Below are positions 1 to 8,709 of a stretch of DNA of 32,000 nucleotides, piece after piece (position 1 is the first letter of the stretch; each line of letters begins with the position of its first letter). Under the pieces are notes generated by a model, which saw only the letters and a program-made list of their open reading frames with translations, searched no databases and was not told the DNA's origin. The DNA comes from Candidatus Heimdallarchaeota archaeon (GTDB lineage Archaea > Asgardarchaeota > Heimdallarchaeia > JABLTI01). The stretch spans positions 60,001 through 92,000 of the forward strand of contig JAUWKS010000003.1 in assembly GCA_030614005.1 (NCBI GenBank), given 5' to 3'. Position numbers and translations under genes: made by a program.

Positions 1-226
1 TCAAAGGAGTTTGTCCCCCTAAGTCGTACACTATAAATTCCAAAGATCGGTATTTGTATACTTCAATATTAACTCCGAAAGTAGGTCGAGTAAGAGTAAA
101 TTCTGATCTTAGTATTCTTTTAACAATTGTTGTTTTTCCTGCACCATCTAAACCAACGATAGCAACTGATTTCTTTTCAGCATTTCCTTCTTCTTTTGCT
201 TTAGTTAATCTTCTAAATAAAGACAT
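1..226 (-). CDS. Arf/Sar1-family small GTPase (Asgard Arf-related), 5' part only, runs off the window edge
   Basis: Manual translation from ATG at 226: MSLFRRLTKAKEEGNAEKKSVAIVGLDGAGKTTIVKRILRSEFTLTRPTFGVNIEVYKYRSLEFIVYDLGGQTPL. G1 GLDGAGKTT, G2 TRPTFGVN and G3 YDLGGQ match the Arf consensus GLDxAGKTT / PTIGFN / WDxGGQ. AGGGAA lies upstream as a possible RBS. Not in the ORF track. Confidence 0.9.
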   Translation of the reverse strand, partial: MSLFRRLTKAKEEGNAEKKSVAIVGLDGAGKTTIVKRILRSEFTLTRPTFGVNIEVYKYRSLEFIVYDLGGQTPL

Positions 227-478
227 ATGATTAATTCCCTTTGTTTGTGAAAAGATTATTTATCACTCAGTTTCCCTCAATGAATTATTTTGCAAGGGAA
301 TTCTATATATTATCAGAAATAGCTCTAATACTAAAAGTTTTAGTTTTGGTTAAAAACGAAAAAAAACGGTAAAAAACGACAAAAATCACTTTTCATAGAT
401 AATTTTTTCTTATAGCAAACAAATAAAAAGTTAGTAGATATGATATGGTGAAGGATTAAATAATTATGGTGCTGAAAA

Positions 479-1405
479 ATGAGTCAAGATTATATTATTG
501 AAGTTAGAAATTTAGTTAAAAAGTATGGCTCAGTAGAAGCACTTTCAGAAATATCATTTAAAATAAGTAAAGGACAAATTTTTTCTCTTCTAGGTTCAGA
601 TAGTTCTGGAAAAACTTCATTAATAGAAATTTTAGTAGGTCTGCGAAAACCAACTTCCGGAGAAGCCTTTGTTTTAGGTTTTAATATTAATAGTAAAACA
701 GAGATGCGTGAGATTAAGAAAAGAATCGGCGTATTACCACAAGAATTCAAAACACATGATAATCTTACTGTGAAAGAAAATATTTTGTTTTGGGGAAAAA
801 TGTATGACAAAATGGTTGACCCCATAGAATTAATGAAACTATTGAAACTTGATGAAGTAGCAAATGTTCGATATAAAAAACTGTCAAATACATTGAAACA
901 AAAAGTTGGGATAGCTACTACTCTTGTAAGTGATCCTGAGATTATCTTTCTTGATCAACCTACTGCTGGTCTTGACTATTATATTAAGAAAGAAATTTGG
1001 CAAGTATTGATGGATTTACGTGAACAAGGAAAAACTATCTTTCTAACCTCAAATGATGTATTAGAACCACAAGCAATCGCCGATAGAGTTGCAATACTCC
1101 ATAATGGTATAATAAAAGATATTGGCTCACCCAATGAATTGATTGATAGATATAGTAGTGAAAAGAAATTCATTATAAGATGTCCAAACAAGGATATAAC
1201 TAAGAACGCCTTGAAAGCTTTACAGGAAATCGAAGTTGCAGAAACCGAAACTGGTGATTTAGTTGTTTCAAGCGATGAGATAACCCTACTAGAATTATTA
1301 GAAAAATTAGAGAAATTTAATGTTAAATATTCAGATATAATTACTCAAAGTCCTTCTTTGAATGATGTCTTTCTAATTTTAACAGGAGAAGAATTACGTA
1401 AATAA
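479..1405 (+). CDS. ABC-2/DrrA-type ABC transporter ATP-binding subunit with degenerate catalytic motifs
   Basis: Walker A GSDSSGKT, Q-loop GVLPQE, D-loop AGLD and the C-terminal SLNDVFLILTG tail typical of DrrA-like NBDs. Signature is LSNTL, Walker B is IFLDQ and the switch is LTSN, all non-canonical. Confidence 0.9.
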   Translation: MSQDYIIEVRNLVKKYGSVEALSEISFKISKGQIFSLLGSDSSGKTSLIEILVGLRKPTSGEAFVLGFNINSKTEMREIKKRIGVLPQEFKTHDNLTVKENILFWGKMYDKMVDPIELMKLLKLDEVANVRYKKLSNTLKQKVGIATTLVSDPEIIFLDQPTAGLDYYIKKEIWQVLMDLREQGKTIFLTSNDVLEPQAIADRVAILHNGIIKDIGSPNELIDRYSSEKKFIIRCPNKDITKNALKALQEIEVAETETGDLVVSSDEITLLELLEKLEKFNVKYSDIITQSPSLNDVFLILTGEELRK

Positions 1406-1430
1406 GCTAACTGATATTTGGTGATAAAAT

Positions 1431-2618
1431 TTGAGTGAAGATATTGTCCAATCTGATGAAACACCCCCAAACCAATTCAAATTGTTCATCAGAAAAATAA
1501 AAGCCTTTTTCCGTCCAGTTGGAAATAGCTTAAGGAGAATATCAAATCAAATCGGTGGGCTTAGTTTAGGTTTTTTCAGATCACCTGGATTAATTTTTCT
1601 CACAATTGTTCTACCAATCATCTTAACATTACTATTTGGAGCACTATTTGGTAGTACAATAGATACAAATTATCAGTTAGATGTTCTCGATAAAGATCAA
1701 AGTGATGCGTCAATACAGTTTACCGATTATTTGGGAAATGACACTGGTTTGATGATAGAGGTGCTTGATGAGACAAGTATTAACCCAGTCGAATGGTTGA
1801 AAGAGAATACTAAAACTATTTTACTGGTAATACCAATGAATTGGGGCGCATTTATTAACGATTCAGATCAAACCGATTTAACAGTTTATTATGATCATTC
1901 ATCATCATCTGCAAAAACTACTTTGAAAATAATTGAAGAGGCTGTAATAGAACTCAATTTTGAAATATTAGCAATAGATAATACTTTGGGCGTAGAAACT
2001 GAAAGTCTTTATGTAACTAATTTAGAATTCATTGATTCACTTGTTCCTGGAATAATAATGATTTCTGTTTCAACAATTGCTCTGATTACTAGTCTTAGTT
2101 ATGATATCAACGAAAAACAGAGTGGTATATTACGTAAATTCGTTACAACACCCGTTTTTAAATTCGAATGGGTGTTTGCAAAGCAATTTTGGCAAATAAT
2201 TCTAGCATTTCTTGCTAGTACTTTAACAGTCTTATTTGCTTTAATTTTTGATTTTCAAGTTACAAAATTGCATCCTGCGATGCTAGTAATAATTTTTTAT
2301 GGATCATTAACATTTTCTGGTATAGCAATGATACTCGTAAGACTAATCTCTAATCCAGATGGTGTTATGCTTGCATCTGTATTATTTACTATTCCACAAA
2401 TTCTACTAAGTGGAGCATTAATTCCAATAGATACTTTTCCAACATTTTTACAATATGTCGCTCGGATATTTCCGATATATTATCTAACAGAAGTGATGAG
2501 AGCATTAATGCTCGATCCTTCTCAAGGAGTTTTTTGGATTAATTTCTCCATATCAACAGTATTGGCAATAGGCTTCTTTACTATGGGTATAATAGTCACA
2601 AAATGGAAACAAGATTAA
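1431..2618 (+). CDS. ABC-2 type permease with large extracellular domain
   Basis: One N-terminal TM, a soluble loop (VLDKDQS...SIQF), then IDSLVPG and about 5 TM helices with SGALIPIDTFP...IFPIYY. TTG start preceded by GGTGA. Confidence 0.88.
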   Translation: MSEDIVQSDETPPNQFKLFIRKIKAFFRPVGNSLRRISNQIGGLSLGFFRSPGLIFLTIVLPIILTLLFGALFGSTIDTNYQLDVLDKDQSDASIQFTDYLGNDTGLMIEVLDETSINPVEWLKENTKTILLVIPMNWGAFINDSDQTDLTVYYDHSSSSAKTTLKIIEEAVIELNFEILAIDNTLGVETESLYVTNLEFIDSLVPGIIMISVSTIALITSLSYDINEKQSGILRKFVTTPVFKFEWVFAKQFWQIILAFLASTLTVLFALIFDFQVTKLHPAMLVIIFYGSLTFSGIAMILVRLISNPDGVMLASVLFTIPQILLSGALIPIDTFPTFLQYVARIFPIYYLTEVMRALMLDPSQGVFWINFSISTVLAIGFFTMGIIVTKWKQD

Positions 2619-2636
2619 AGCGGTGGTTGAAAACAA

Positions 2637-3794
2637 ATGGTACCTGAATATCTTCAAAAACTAATCAATTTTTTCACGCACCTCCGAAATAGTTTTAGAA
2701 GGATTAGAAACCACATAGGCATTTCTATACGACTGTTTTATCGATCACCTGGATCAATTTTCCTTCTGGTAATTTACCCTATGATATTGTTATTGCTATT
2801 CGGATCCATTTTTGCAACTGAAGATGCCTTTACATTCCATTTAGAAGTTCAGGATAAAGATGGGACTTCATTTTCAGAAGGATTAATCCAGGAATTAGAT
2901 AATCAAGACATACTTGTTATTCATCGTTTAGATTCAACAATTAATCCCAAAGAGTATTTGCAAGAGAATAATTTACATTCTTGCTTAGTCATACCTCTAA
3001 ATTGGACCGATAATAGCATTAATCCTACTATTTCAACCTCAAATGTAACTCTAATCATCGATCCAAACTCAAATAAAGCGCACAGAGTTGCTCTTATTGT
3101 TTTAAAAACAGTAAAAGATTATTCATTATCTATCAGCGGTGAGGAGCCACCAATTGGAATAACTGAAGTAAACTTCTATTCAGATTCTGTCAGTTATATT
3201 GATTTCTTTATTCCTGGTATTATTGGCGTTATTATCATGAATACTGGAATATTGGGTGTTATCAACCGTCAAGTGCATTTCAAAAAATCAGGCTTATTTA
3301 GAAAATTGGCTACTACACCAATTACCCGTTGGGAATATGCTACAGCGGAAATTGGTTGGCAATATTTAATTGCCTTTTTTACAACTCTCTTAGCATTTTT
3401 AGTGGCATGGGCAGTCTTTTCGTTTAGTTGGGGTAGTTTTGATGAATTGATACCTATAATATTATTTGTGGGAGTGTTGGTATTTTCTGGTATCGGTTTA
3501 ATAATAAGTCAGCTTGTTCGAAATCCCAATAATGCTTTAGCAGTAGGAACGTTAGTAACTCTACCTATGCTGTTTTTAAGTGGAATATTTTTTGATATAT
3601 CTGGTATACAAGCATTGGTCATCATTTCAAAATTCTCTCCCTTAACATATATAGTAGAAGCATTGCGATCTTCAATGATAAATCGAAACTTTTCATATGC
3701 ATGGCTAAATATAGGGATAGCATTTGCTATTGGTATAACAGCTTTTGTTGTTGGCGTATTCCTAACGCAATGGGATGTAGATAAAAAACAATAA
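2637..3794 (+). CDS. ABC-2 type permease, paralogue of the preceding gene
   Basis: Same architecture (VQDKDGT..SEGL, YIDFFIPG, ERE-like FRKLATTP, LSGIFF...SPLTY). 18-bp gap from the previous gene. Confidence 0.88.
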   Translation: MVPEYLQKLINFFTHLRNSFRRIRNHIGISIRLFYRSPGSIFLLVIYPMILLLLFGSIFATEDAFTFHLEVQDKDGTSFSEGLIQELDNQDILVIHRLDSTINPKEYLQENNLHSCLVIPLNWTDNSINPTISTSNVTLIIDPNSNKAHRVALIVLKTVKDYSLSISGEEPPIGITEVNFYSDSVSYIDFFIPGIIGVIIMNTGILGVINRQVHFKKSGLFRKLATTPITRWEYATAEIGWQYLIAFFTTLLAFLVAWAVFSFSWGSFDELIPIILFVGVLVFSGIGLIISQLVRNPNNALAVGTLVTLPMLFLSGIFFDISGIQALVIISKFSPLTYIVEALRSSMINRNFSYAWLNIGIAFAIGITAFVVGVFLTQWDVDKKQ

Positions 3795-3798
3795 TCCC

Positions 3799-3827
3799 TC
3801 CCTCATATATTCATCTATGTGGGGAGT
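3799..3827 (+). terminator. Imperfect stem-loop after the ABC operon
   Basis: ctccctcata...tatgtggggag pairs with one G:U and one bulge. There is no clear U-tract. Ends are approximate. Confidence 0.3.
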
Positions 3828-3854
3828 GAAGATTATTTACGAGGATAAAACACT

Positions 3855-4418
3855 ATGTCAAAAGAATTGTCTATTACCTTTGTCACGAATAATCAAGAAA
3901 AAATTGCTGATATTGAATTAATGTTAGGAGAAACAGTCAATCTGAATTTTGTTTCAGATATTGAATTATTAGAAATTCAATCATTATCAGTTGAAGATGT
4001 TGTAATATCTAAAGCAAAGCAAGCTTATGAAAAATTGGGAAAACCTGTTGCTGTATCTGATAGCGGTTTAGAAATAACCAGTTTGAACAAATTTCCAGGA
4101 GCCTTAGTGAAATTTGTTAATGAAACGATTGGTCAGGAAGGGTTGGTTAAATTGCTCGAAGGAAAAGGAAATAGACAAGCCTATTTCGTAGCTGCAATTG
4201 CATATTGTACTTCAAAAGACGATATTGCTGTTTTTGTAGAGAGAGATGAGGGAGCCATTGCAGAAAAACCTCGAGGGGAAGGATGGCATTTTGATAAAAT
4301 ATTCATTCCGAAAGGGGATACTCTAACTTGGGCTGAAATTGGACGAGAAAATAAGAATATTCATTCTGCATTTCGAAGAGCATTAACGAATATGTCTGAA
4401 AATGTAAGAAAAAAATAG
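3855..4418 (+). CDS. rdgB: HAM1/RdgB (ITPase-like) non-canonical purine NTP pyrophosphatase homologue
   Basis: FVTNNQEK, ELLEIQS, SDSGLEITSLNKFPG and HFDKIF motifs. The canonical SHR is replaced by SAF. Confidence 0.85.
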   Translation: MSKELSITFVTNNQEKIADIELMLGETVNLNFVSDIELLEIQSLSVEDVVISKAKQAYEKLGKPVAVSDSGLEITSLNKFPGALVKFVNETIGQEGLVKLLEGKGNRQAYFVAAIAYCTSKDDIAVFVERDEGAIAEKPRGEGWHFDKIFIPKGDTLTWAEIGRENKNIHSAFRRALTNMSENVRKK

Positions 4419-4436
4419 CTAGTCAAAATGACTAGC
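4418..4436. terminator. Perfect 8-bp stem-loop between convergent genes
   Basis: GCTAGTCA-aaa-TGACTAGC. The A-run at 4408-4415 gives a U-tract on the minus strand. Confidence 0.6.
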
Positions 4437-4454
4437 ATTATGATAGATGGTTAA

Positions 4455-5831
4455 TTATATTTCATCCCGATCTGCAATCGGATTTCTAGTGAATAGAACA
4501 AACGAATAAATCAGAAATGATCCATAAATGAGTTTTATTATTATTGGGATACTTTGATGAATTCCTACTTTTAGAAAACTTGCGAAAAATGAGAAATAGG
4601 AAGGTACAACTAAACCAATGAGAAAGACTGCAATGATTATCTGAATTATTAAATCATATTTTTCCATCTTCTTTCGTTGAATGGTTGTTTTTCCTCCTAA
4701 TACTACAGATAATCCTCCTATAGGTGCAACTATTAGCATAGAAAGACCAATAGGGATAAACAACGCATTCCGAATGACTTGTTTTATTTTCCAATAGTAC
4801 TTTCTCATATCCTCAAATTGACGATTGAGTACAGTTCGTGGGTCTTTTTTCCGTCGAATAAAGAAAAAAATTCTTCTCTTTTTCTCTTCTTTTACTCTCG
4901 AAATGAATTCTTTTGTTGGGTCTCTATAAACTCTGATAGCAGGAACGATATAAAGTGAAATTATACCTACTGCTGCCATAATTCCTTTGTAATATTCCAT
5001 AACATTATCTAAAGTATTAAGTGCGCCAATTTGTGTGCCATCTACCCATCGAATTATTGGGTTAATGAGTCCAATTATTGTTAACACAATACCCACAATG
5101 ATCATTATGTAAATTGGAACTAACATAATTAATTTGAATCTTCTCGGATCAATATCTTCTTGAGTAGTAATTACTTTCTCAGATAGTTTTCCACGGTATT
5201 GTTTTTGTTTTTCTTTGAGTTTCTTCTCCTCTTTTGAGAGTTCTTCTGAAAATTCTTCTTGATCCTCTTTAAGTTCCTTTTCTTTCTTCTCAAGCTTTGC
5301 ATATTCTTTCTTAGCTTTCTTCTCATTCCACTTTCCAGTTTCTAGCTTATCTTCAATTTCCTTCTTCTTTTTGTTCAGCTGCTTTTCTTTTTTGCTAAAC
5401 TCTTGCTTTTCTTTCTTTTCTTTGGCTTCTAGTTTATCAATTTCCTTATCCCACTTTCGAGCTTCTTTCTCACTATATGCTTTCTTTTTGGATGTTTTAG
5501 ATAACCAACTGATTATACCTTGTGCAATTGGTATGTAACCTGTAATAAATCCAAAACCACTTAGTACCTGTTGGAAAATGAAATAAGCTAAGAGGGGGTA
5601 AGCAAAAATCTGCAACCAGGGTATTGCTTCATCTTTTAAAAAGTGAATTAGTATTATCGTTGTAATGAGGACTATTGTACCTATACCAAATCCCCAGTAG
5701 TATTTTTTGTCAAATGTTTTCAAAAAGAATTCTTTAACACTAGGTTTTGGTTCACTTTCAAGTTCATTCATAGTAATGAATGATATTCGGACAAAGTCAA
5801 AAAGATTTCGCTTTTTACCAAAAGGAATCAC
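4455..5831 (-). CDS. Multi-pass membrane protein of unknown function with a long Lys/Glu-rich coiled-coil loop
   Basis: About 7 hydrophobic segments and a roughly 90-aa K/E-rich segment after the second TM. The true start may be the ATG at 5772 (MNELES). Confidence 0.75.
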   Translation of the reverse strand: MIPFGKKRNLFDFVRISFITMNELESEPKPSVKEFFLKTFDKKYYWGFGIGTIVLITTIILIHFLKDEAIPWLQIFAYPLLAYFIFQQVLSGFGFITGYIPIAQGIISWLSKTSKKKAYSEKEARKWDKEIDKLEAKEKKEKQEFSKKEKQLNKKKKEIEDKLETGKWNEKKAKKEYAKLEKKEKELKEDQEEFSEELSKEEKKLKEKQKQYRGKLSEKVITTQEDIDPRRFKLIMLVPIYIMIIVGIVLTIIGLINPIIRWVDGTQIGALNTLDNVMEYYKGIMAAVGIISLYIVPAIRVYRDPTKEFISRVKEEKKRRIFFFIRRKKDPRTVLNRQFEDMRKYYWKIKQVIRNALFIPIGLSMLIVAPIGGLSVVLGGKTTIQRKKMEKYDLIIQIIIAVFLIGLVVPSYFSFFASFLKVGIHQSIPIIIKLIYGSFLIYSFVLFTRNPIADRDEI

Positions 5832-5897
5832 TCATTTTTTACATAAATTCCTTCATTAAAGTTTATCAATTAAATAGTTATAATCAAATCAGAGTAA

Positions 5898-6404
5898 TTG
5901 GTTGAATTAGGAATGAATATTAAAACAAGGGCTGCTACATTACAAGATCTTGAAGAAATTTATCAAATTGAGAAAATTTGTTTTGATTCAAGTGATGTTT
6001 TTCATAAGGAAACCTTTGAATTCTTTTTATCAAAAGAGAGCACTATTTTTCTATTAGCTGAAAAATCCAGAGAAAATAGAAAAGGAAATGCCTTGGTAGT
6101 TGGGTTTATCATTGCTCAACCAAAGCTCAAGTCTAAATTTGAGATTATTACAATAGATGTACATCCAGATTCGCGAAATAAAGGCATTGGTAAATTATTG
6201 CTACGAGAAATTGAGGAAGTAATTTTGACAAGAGTCAAAGATGAAAAAAGGGATTACTTCATTGAACTTGTAGTTTATGAGAATAATCACAACGCAAAGA
6301 AATTGTATACAAAAATGGGCTATCGAATTTTGGGTAAATTAAATAGCTATTATTCCCGTGATCGCGATGGGTTAAGAATGGGCAAGAAACTACTCAAAGT
6401 ATGA
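5898..6404 (+). CDS. GNAT acetyltransferase, RimI/Ard1-like
   Basis: RAATLQDLEEIYQIEKICF, motif A TIDVHPDSRNKGIGKLLL, LVVYENNHNAKKLYTKMGY and YYSRDRDGLRM. Alternative start at ATG 5913. Confidence 0.85.
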   Translation: MVELGMNIKTRAATLQDLEEIYQIEKICFDSSDVFHKETFEFFLSKESTIFLLAEKSRENRKGNALVVGFIIAQPKLKSKFEIITIDVHPDSRNKGIGKLLLREIEEVILTRVKDEKRDYFIELVVYENNHNAKKLYTKMGYRILGKLNSYYSRDRDGLRMGKKLLKV

Positions 6405-6570
6405 ACCTTCATTTCCTAAACAATTTAATCTATTTCTTAATCATTTTAAATGAAGAGAGAGTAATTTGAAATAGAATATTCCACTTGTTAAAATGTTGTC
6501 GGAATTCGCCAAAACGCATACATTTTTAATTAAGAGTAGAACTATTCAAAATATCGTATAGTGGAGTATT

Positions 6571-7791
6571 GTGTATATGAATCCCGAAGTTGAACAGGGT
6601 GATGATGGCAAAGAAATAGCTGAAAAAGATAGAAGCTATCTATTATCTTACACTCGTCATTTAGAAAGAAAAATACGTACTCTCGAGACAGAGAAGCAGT
6701 TAATTGATAATGAACGTATGCGCATGGAACGTGAAATTGCTTCAATGAGAAATGATCTTGAGCAAATGAAGAGAAGTCCATTAATCACTGGTCAAATAGT
6801 AGATCTCTTGGATAATAATCGTGCAGTAGTTAGAAGTTCCAGTGGTCCAAGCTTCGTTGTAAATGTTATAAAATCAATTGATTCAGGTCTTCTAAAACCA
6901 AATGCTCGTGTTGCGTTAAATCAAAGAAATTTTGCTATTGTCGAAGTTCTTCCTCAGCAAAAAGATCCTATGGTTTCTGCGATGGAAGTAGAAGAAAAAC
7001 CATCAATTTCATATGCAGATATAGGTGGTCTTGAGGAACAAATCCTTGAATTACGCGAAACAGTGGAATTACCCCTAACAAAACCAGAATTATTTGAAAA
7101 AGTAGGTATTACCCCACCAAAAGGAGTAATGCTTTTTGGTCCTCCAGGGACAGGGAAAACACTCTTAGCTAGAGCTGTTGCACACGAAACAAATGCTACA
7201 TTCATAAGAGTAATTGGCAGTGAATTAGTACAAAAATTCATTGGAGAAGGTGCACGATTAGTGAGAGAAATCTTCGAATTCGCTGAAGAGAAATCACCGA
7301 CCATTTTATTTATTGATGAATTAGATGCTATTGGATCTCGAAGATTGGATATCGCAACTAGTGGTGATCGTGAAGTTCAGAGAACACTAATGCAATTATT
7401 GAGCAATTTAGATGGTTTCGATATTCGCGGTGATGTTCGAGTTATTGCTGCAACAAATAGACCTGATATATTGGATCCTGCTTTACTAAGACCAGGCAGG
7501 TTTGATCGGATAATAGAAATAAGTGTTCCCGTAGCAACATCACGAGAACAAATCTTCAAAATCCATACCAGAAAAATGTCCCTTGAGGATAAAATTGATT
7601 TGAAAATATTCGTAAGTATGACTGAAGGAGCTTCTGGTGCTGATATCAAAAATATTTGTATGGAAGCAGGAATGTTTGCAGTCAGAAATGAACGAGATCA
7701 TATTGTTGTTGCAGACTTTAAGAAAGCAGTCAGTAAAGTGATGGGTAAAATAAAATCCTCTACTGGTAACAATGAACGATTCTTCGTTTAA
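6571..7791 (+). CDS. pan: Proteasome-activating nucleotidase (PAN)
   Basis: N-terminal coiled coil, OB domain, GPPGTGKT, pore loop [25 protein letters not shown] and [20 protein letters not shown]. Likely start is ATG 6577 (GGAG at 6563). Confidence 0.96.
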   Translation: MYMNPEVEQGDDGKEIAEKDRSYLLSYTRHLERKIRTLETEKQLIDNERMRMEREIASMRNDLEQMKRSPLITGQIVDLLDNNRAVVRSSSGPSFVVNVIKSIDSGLLKPNARVALNQRNFAIVEVLPQQKDPMVSAMEVEEKPSISYADIGGLEEQILELRETVELPLTKPELFEKVGITPPKGVMLFGPPGTGKTLLARAVAHETNATFIRVIGSELVQKFIGEGARLVREIFEFAEEKSPTILFIDELDAIGSRRLDIATSGDREVQRTLMQLLSNLDGFDIRGDVRVIAATNRPDILDPALLRPGRFDRIIEISVPVATSREQIFKIHTRKMSLEDKIDLKIFVSMTEGASGADIKNICMEAGMFAVRNERDHIVVADFKKAVSKVMGKIKSSTGNNERFFV

Positions 7792-7795
7792 TTAG

Positions 7796-7815
7796 ATAGG
7801 TAGTTCTCTACCTAT
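7796..7815 (+). terminator. Stem-loop after pan
   Basis: ATAGGTAG-ttct-CTACCTAT, a perfect 8-bp stem 4 nt after the stop codon. A T-run follows at 7825-7830. Confidence 0.6.
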
Positions 7816-7868
7816 TATACTCTATTTTTTATTACAATTTTAATAAAAGAAATGAAATTAAAAAAACT

Positions 7869-8516
7869 TCAAGATTTAGCTGCTGCTTTTCTCTCGAGTT
7901 TTTCTTTAATTTTCTTTAATTGAGCAAATTGCTCTCTTTCTTGTTCCTCTAATGTTGTTTCAATAAAAACTGTTTGAGATTGTAAGCGAGGAATAAGGAT
8001 AAATCTTAATGCATTTACTCTTCGTTTTGTTTCAGTTATTGCTTGACCCAAAATTTGTAACATTGCTAATGTTTCAGCTAATGTAACAATCTTCTCGATT
8101 GCTTTTCGATATTTTTCAATGGTTAGATCTATTTCTGCGCTGGAGCTTAGAAAACTATAGAATAATCTCGAATCAGCTTCATCTCTAATTTTTTCCAAAT
8201 CAAGTTTAGGTACAACAACACCTGCAACATTATTTTCAAAAGCTTCAATTTGCCATATTTCAGGGGCTGCAAAAGCAATTTCTTTCAATCTTAGAGGACC
8301 AACAACCATTTGTGCATCAATAAGCGTTTCATAAGCTTCTAAGGTTAATTTTGATGAATCTTCACGTAATCCGCGAATTGTATCTACTACTTCGAAAAAA
8401 CGAATGACCAAAGAATCTAACTTCTCTTGGAGAAGATCATGCCCTTTCTCTGCTAATTTTAGTTTTTCACGAAGTCTCATCAGATTCATACGAGTTGCTT
8501 GAACGCCCATGCTCAT
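7869..8516 (-). CDS. atpD: A/V-type ATP synthase subunit D
   Basis: TRMNLMRLREKLKLAEKGHDLLQEK and ITETKRRVNALRFILIPRL...LEEQEREQF are diagnostic of the NtpD/AtpD family. Confidence 0.93.
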   Translation of the reverse strand: MSMGVQATRMNLMRLREKLKLAEKGHDLLQEKLDSLVIRFFEVVDTIRGLREDSSKLTLEAYETLIDAQMVVGPLRLKEIAFAAPEIWQIEAFENNVAGVVVPKLDLEKIRDEADSRLFYSFLSSSAEIDLTIEKYRKAIEKIVTLAETLAMLQILGQAITETKRRVNALRFILIPRLQSQTVFIETTLEEQEREQFAQLKKIKEKLERKAAAKS

Positions 8517-8709
8517 TGTCTATCTTTCCATCCTTGGATTGTTGGTTTAATATTGAATTGTGCCTTGCATTTAAGGTTACTTCTATTTTTGGAAATATTA
8601 AAAATAAAAAACTTTTCACTCATTTAAACTTAATTTGTTTGAATTTTTGAGTTTTTACCTAAGAGTTAAATAATAACATCTTGGCTCTCCAATATATGAG
8701 TGAAATTCG

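Noticed and set aside
352-390. AAAAACG repeats as a CRISPR remnant or iteron
   Set aside because: The units are only 10 bp with no spacers, and no cas or rep gene is present. They were kept only as phased A-tracts.
7780-7791. PAN ends in FFV rather than a strict Hb-Tyr-X motif
   Set aside because: Phe in the penultimate position is a conservative variant that I recall from other archaeal PANs, so it is not evidence of lost 20S gating.
5898-7791. GNAT directly upstream of pan as a dedicated proteasome acetyltransferase
   Set aside because: A 166-bp gap with its own TATA-like sequence suggests separate transcription, and adjacency is the only evidence.
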